From Octopus sinensis (lineage: Eukaryota), in NCBI RefSeq assembly GCF_006345805.1, contig NC_043007.1, positions 44,454,001 to 44,518,000 on the forward strand: DNA of 64,000 nucleotides, given 5' to 3'. The first letter of the stretch is position 1, and every line of letters starts with the position of its first letter. The notes beneath the pieces were generated by a model, which saw nothing but the letters and a program-made list of their open reading frames with translations, was not told the DNA's origin and ran no database searches. The translations under genes and the position numbers were made by a program. Below are positions 59,470 to 64,000 of the stretch, one piece after another.

Positions 59470-61720
59470 GCTAGGCAAAGTGAATGACATCATAATCTGG
59501 TGAAGACAGATATGGAAGCTGCAAGACCCCTTAACTAGACAGGTTTAGAGAAGTACTAGCTGATGTATATGACAAATGAGAGGAGGTGGTGATTGATAAC
59601 ATAGAGGGGCAACTTGGAGTTTTTGTGAGACAACCTATTTTGAACAACAGACCAGATCTGTAGTTGGTGCAAGGTTCCAGATATTTGGAAAGTGGTAAGG
59701 TGAAGTAATGGCTGGAGAGATTGGAAGACAGACAAGAAAAGGGACAATATCAAGTAGCTAGAAGAAGTGTTAAGCACAGGCGTGACTGTGTGGTAAGAAG
59801 CTTGCTTTCCAACCTTATGGCTCTGGGTTCAGTCCCACTGTGTGGCACTTTGGGCAAGTGTCTTCTACTATAGCCTCGGGCCAACCAAAGCTTTATGAGT
59901 GAATTTGGTTGGAGGAAATGGAAAGAAGCCTGTAATGTGTGTGTGTGCTTCTATATACTTATCTTTGTGTGTGCATGTCTATGATTGTCCTCCACCACTG
60001 CTTGACAAAAGCTGAAAGTAAGATTTACTAATGTGATGAGACGATCAGAGGAGTGAGGTGTTCTGGATGGTAAAGCAGTGGGTCGTTGTGAAACAAAACA
60101 TCATTCAGAGAAAAGAGTATTTGGAATGGGAATGACACGCATGCCTTCACTGATGCTAAAAAGAAAGAAGCATGGAAATGTCACTACTTGAGGTTGTTGA
60201 ATGAGGAAAATGCATGGGAGAGAAAATACCTCAACAAGGTAGCCAGTTAGTGAAGTTGACAGTTGTATGGTTGAAATTACAAATAAAGATATGAAAGTGG
60301 GGAAGGCAACTGAACCTTAGGTATAGCAACTGAGAGATTGAAAATATCTGACAAGTTTGATTACATGCTGGTCAGTCTCATATGTAGTACAGGTATCTTG
60401 TTCTGTAACAGAATTATCATCAACTACAACAGGAAAGGAGATGCACCAGGAAGAAGAAGCTCCAGAGGCATCGAGTTGATGGACCAGATTATGAAAGTTA
60501 CTCTAAGAGTTATATAACATAACTGATTAGGGAGATGATTAACCTCTGATCTTCTCATCACATTAGCAAATCTCTTACTTTCAACTTTTGTCAAGCAGTG
60601 GTGGAGGACAAACACAGACATGCACACACATAGATAAATATATAGAAAATATATCCTACCAAATTCACTCAAAGCTTTGGTTGGCCTGAGGCTATAGCAG
60701 AAGACACTTGCCCAAAGTGCCACACAGTGGGACTGAACCCAGAACCCTAAGGTTGGAAAGCAAGCTTCTTACCACACAGTCACGTCTGTGCCTAACACTT
60801 CTAGCTACTTGATATCGTTGGCTTTGTGTTAGGAAAAAGTACTATGGTGCCTTGTTCCTGGAGTAACAACTGCAAAAGTAATTAGCTAGATGTAATCCAC
60901 TCTAAATAGCATTTTTTGAATTGGAGAAGGTCTTTGATGGGGTTCTATGCTCTAGCCGGGTGGTTGTAAGTGAAACTAAGAGTAGGTGAATGATTTGTGA
61001 AGGCCAGGCAAGCCATGTACAGAAGTATCTTCAACGAGGTGAGAGTTAGCAAATGTGTTCTGCAACAAATGTTGAAGACAGGTTGGCATCCATCAAGACT
61101 GAGCTCTTTGCTCTCTTGTGTTTACTATAAATCTCCAAGCCATAAAAGGAATTTAAGACCAGCTGTTTGTGGTAACTCCTATATGCTGAAAACCAAGTTC
61201 TCACAGTTGAATCTGTCAAATATTTACTGAAGAAATTACAAAATTGGAAGAGGTAGTGACCATGCTCAATATGCAGGAAATAGTAGGATTTTCATTAACA
61301 TGTAAGTGTAAATTATGGATATGCAAGAAGTGTTATGGGATCAAATGTAGGCTGATATTAAAAGTAGACTTTATATATGTTAGATGAAGTGGAACAGTTA
61401 GTTGGAAGAAGAAACATGAAGTAGATTCTTTCAAATATTCAGACATTTACTTTGAAGTAGTTGAAAGCTTTTGTGCCAAAGTGACTGACTCAACAGGGAA
61501 GGCAGATGTTCTGACAGCATTGTAGCAATATGTAAGAGTGAAGACATTGCTTGTATGATCATTTGATACAGTTAGAGGTTATTAGTTGTGTAAAAAAGTA
61601 ACAGTTATTCTAGCTGGATAGAAACTGTGACAAAAGAGAATGAGAAAAAGATGGGATGAAGTGGTGAAGATTGATCTCAAGAGCTGACAAAACCTTGTTG
61701 AGAAGAAGACTCAACCACAC
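59470..61720 (+). mobile_element. Heavily decayed RTE LINE (same family as 19135-21921) with nested SINE and an inverted duplication
   Basis: Collinear remnants such as gaccagatctgtagttggtgcaaggt, gatggaccagattatgaaagttac, aggtgagagttagcaa, gggatgaagtggtgaag; boundaries approximate. Confidence 0.7.
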
Positions 61721-62127
61721 CAAGACAATGGCTCTAACAAGATTGGTCATGTTTTATTCTTCTTAGAATTCATCTAAGAGCATTGCATTATGTGGATATT
61801 CCCTTTCAGTGCGAGAGACTAGAAATTATGTTTCAAACCGAAAAGATCCTCCATATTTTCTTTAATGGCGATTTCTTTATATCAATGCGAGTGACTAGTG
61901 TTTCCCCGGGCATCATAAACCATGCAATATCAACGCAGAAGATTTCTATTCCCTTCGGATTTTTAATATTTCAATTGACATAACAACGATTCAGCACTTT
62001 GTACAAGGCCTGAAATTTTAAAGGAAGAGAGGGGTTACTCAGTCAGTTTGACCCTGGAAGGACGAAAAGCAGAGTCGATCTTGGACGAATTTGAACTCAG
62101 AACTTAAAGACAGACAAACTGCCAGCA

Positions 62128-62163
62128 TTTCAGCTGATATACCCTCCAGCCATCTTCAGGTGT
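62128..62163 (-). ncRNA. 3'-truncated hammerhead-like motif
   Basis: acac-CTGAAGA-t-ggctg/gagggtatat/cagct-GAAA, then a junction into SINE sequence. Confidence 0.55.
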
Positions 62164-62209
62164 CTTGGGGAAATTTCGAACCTGGATTCCCATTCCTAAG
62201 ATTGGAAGT

Positions 62210-62252
62210 CCACCTGAAGATTGTCGATCAGGACAAGAAACAATTGTAGTGG
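62210..62252 (+). ncRNA. Type I minimal hammerhead ribozyme, core intact
   Basis: ccac-CTGAAGA-ttgtc/gatcag/gacaa-GAAA-caattg-TA-gtgg: all three helices pair, palindromic helix III, GUA triplet. Confidence 0.82.
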
Positions 62253-62750
62253 CGGTTTTTTTGACTTTTTATTAAAATTTTATGTATTGATTAAGTCTTT
62301 CCTTGTTTGTTTTGCAAAATAGTGGTTTTGTCTCTAATAATATTATATAATATTTTACTATAAAATTGGATTTAATCCTAAATCTGAGTTTTTCCCTGTA
62401 AATTTGGATTTATTCCCTAATATTTATTATATATATATATATATATATATGTCACACAACACATCACATCACACCACCACGCATATACTAGCACTGATCA
62501 CTTCCCAGCCCCACATTTTCACACCTACACATACACACATGCACACATGAAGGTCACCAGCCCTCTTCCACATGCACATACATACACTCTTATACACATG
62601 CACGCGCACCTTCGTTTTGGGATCACCACTACTTTATTATCTCCCCTTCTTCCTAGCTCTCCTGTGTGACCCTTCTGTCTGGCATTCGCCATGATAGATC
62701 GCTAGCCACTACACATTCTTTATTTTCACTCCTTGTTTCTTTCTGTGTTC

Positions 62751-62786
62751 CTTTCTGTGGAAGAGCGTAGGCTCGAAACATTAAAG
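62751..62786 (+). ncRNA. Variant-core minimal hammerhead-like motif
   Basis: cttt-CTGTGGA-a-gagc/gtag/gctc-GAAA-catt-aaag; A6 replaced by U. Confidence 0.55.
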
Positions 62787-62880
62787 ACTTTTTTCACTTC
62801 CCAAGCGTTAAACTAATACATCTGTTTGTTGTCTACACCACCTGTCTTCATTTTTTGTTTTTTGTGAATTCTCCCCTATA

Positions 62881-62936
<56 letters not shown>

Positions 62937-63665
62937 CAGTGCCCCAGCATGGCCACAGTCTAATCACTGAAACAAGTAAAATATGTAGAAGGTACCTGTG
63001 TGCATGTATGTCTGTGAGAAGGAAGGATTTGGAAGAAGTAGGGTGGTGGTTAATTGTAGGAGTTGTCTATCATGGTCAACAATCCATGTAGCATTATGAA
63101 TTACTTAGGTATGTAAAGAATGTGAGTAGGGAGTAAATGAAATAGTTGTGTTAGGGATGGGACAAGAAGAAAACTTGACCTGTGGGTGAATGTGTAACGG
63201 CTATCTATCTATCTATACACTCATACATATATACGTACATACATACATACATACATACATACATACATACATACATACATCATGAATGCATACATATACA
63301 TACACAATAAATTACTTGTTCTCAAACCTTAGAAGGCTTCTATTAAATTAATGTCATCAGTGAGATGAGAAAAGATTTACTAACAAAATAATCTTCTGTT
63401 CTATTTATGAGTGTGTGTATGCATGTGTGTGTGAGTGTATGTATGTATGTATGTATTAAAAATTCTTGTTTGTAAAGAGACTAAATCACTGTAGGTGGCC
63501 AAGACAATGGAGTGCCAAGTAGAATATATTAAAGTTTAAAGTTGAGATAAGATAAGAACATTCCTAATTTACCCAGCAACATTCTTTATATATTTGATGA
63601 ATGCGAATATACATAATTTATAATATTATTTGTAATGTATATGACATCTGAGACCATATAGTGAA

Positions 63666-63970
63666 GGCGCATGGCTCAGTGGTTAGAGTGTCGAGCTTAT
63701 GATAGTGAGGTTGTGAGCTCGAATCCCGGACCGGGCTGCATGTTGTGTTCTTGAGCAAGACACTTTATTTCATGTTGCTCTAGTTCACTCAGCTGTAGAA
63801 ATGAGTTGTGACATCACAGGTGCCAAGCTGTATCAGCCTTTGCCTTTCCCTTGGATAACACTGGTGGCATGGAGAGAGGAGGCTAAACAACCTAGCCTGA
63901 ACTTGTACCTGGGAGGGCAACTTTCTAGGTGCAATCCCATGGTCTGTGTTGTGTCCGAAGGGGGTCTCAG
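63666..63970 (+). mobile_element. tRNA-derived SINE
   Basis: A box tggctcagtggt, B-box-like gctcgaatcc, body motif cttgagcaagacact...ctcagctgtagaaatgagt shared with the minus-strand copy at about 42830-43020. Confidence 0.8.
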
Positions 63971-64000
63971 ACTCAGAGTATATGACAATGTGTAACATAT

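Overview
Eukaryotic, AT-rich, microsatellite-rich genomic DNA; the repeat repertoire suggests an octopus/coleoid cephalopod (inference). Three host genes: the last 7 coding exons of COG2 (+, 2170-11084), an intronless CDIN1/C15orf41 gene (-, 16049-16885), and a complete 11-exon mitochondrial 3-ketoacyl-CoA thiolase ACAA2 (+, 32273-57009, 398 aa). Most of the rest is transposon-derived: a full-length young CsRn1-clade Gypsy LTR element (22125-27956; intact gag, -1 frameshift signal, broken pol), a related solo LTR, RTE and CR1 LINE fossils, Tc1/mariner fossils, several MITEs, tRNA-derived SINEs and two minisatellites. The most notable unannotated signal is about a dozen hammerhead-ribozyme-like motifs (CUGANGA...GAAA with a short palindromic helix III). 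They come from several unrelated non-coding repeat families, mostly beside (TA)n tracts, in partial-tandem or inverted arrangements typical of Penelope-like elements/retrozymes. One is a 719-bp unit bounded by 209-bp direct repeats with a circularly permuted hammerhead-like core. All alignments and folds were done by eye.
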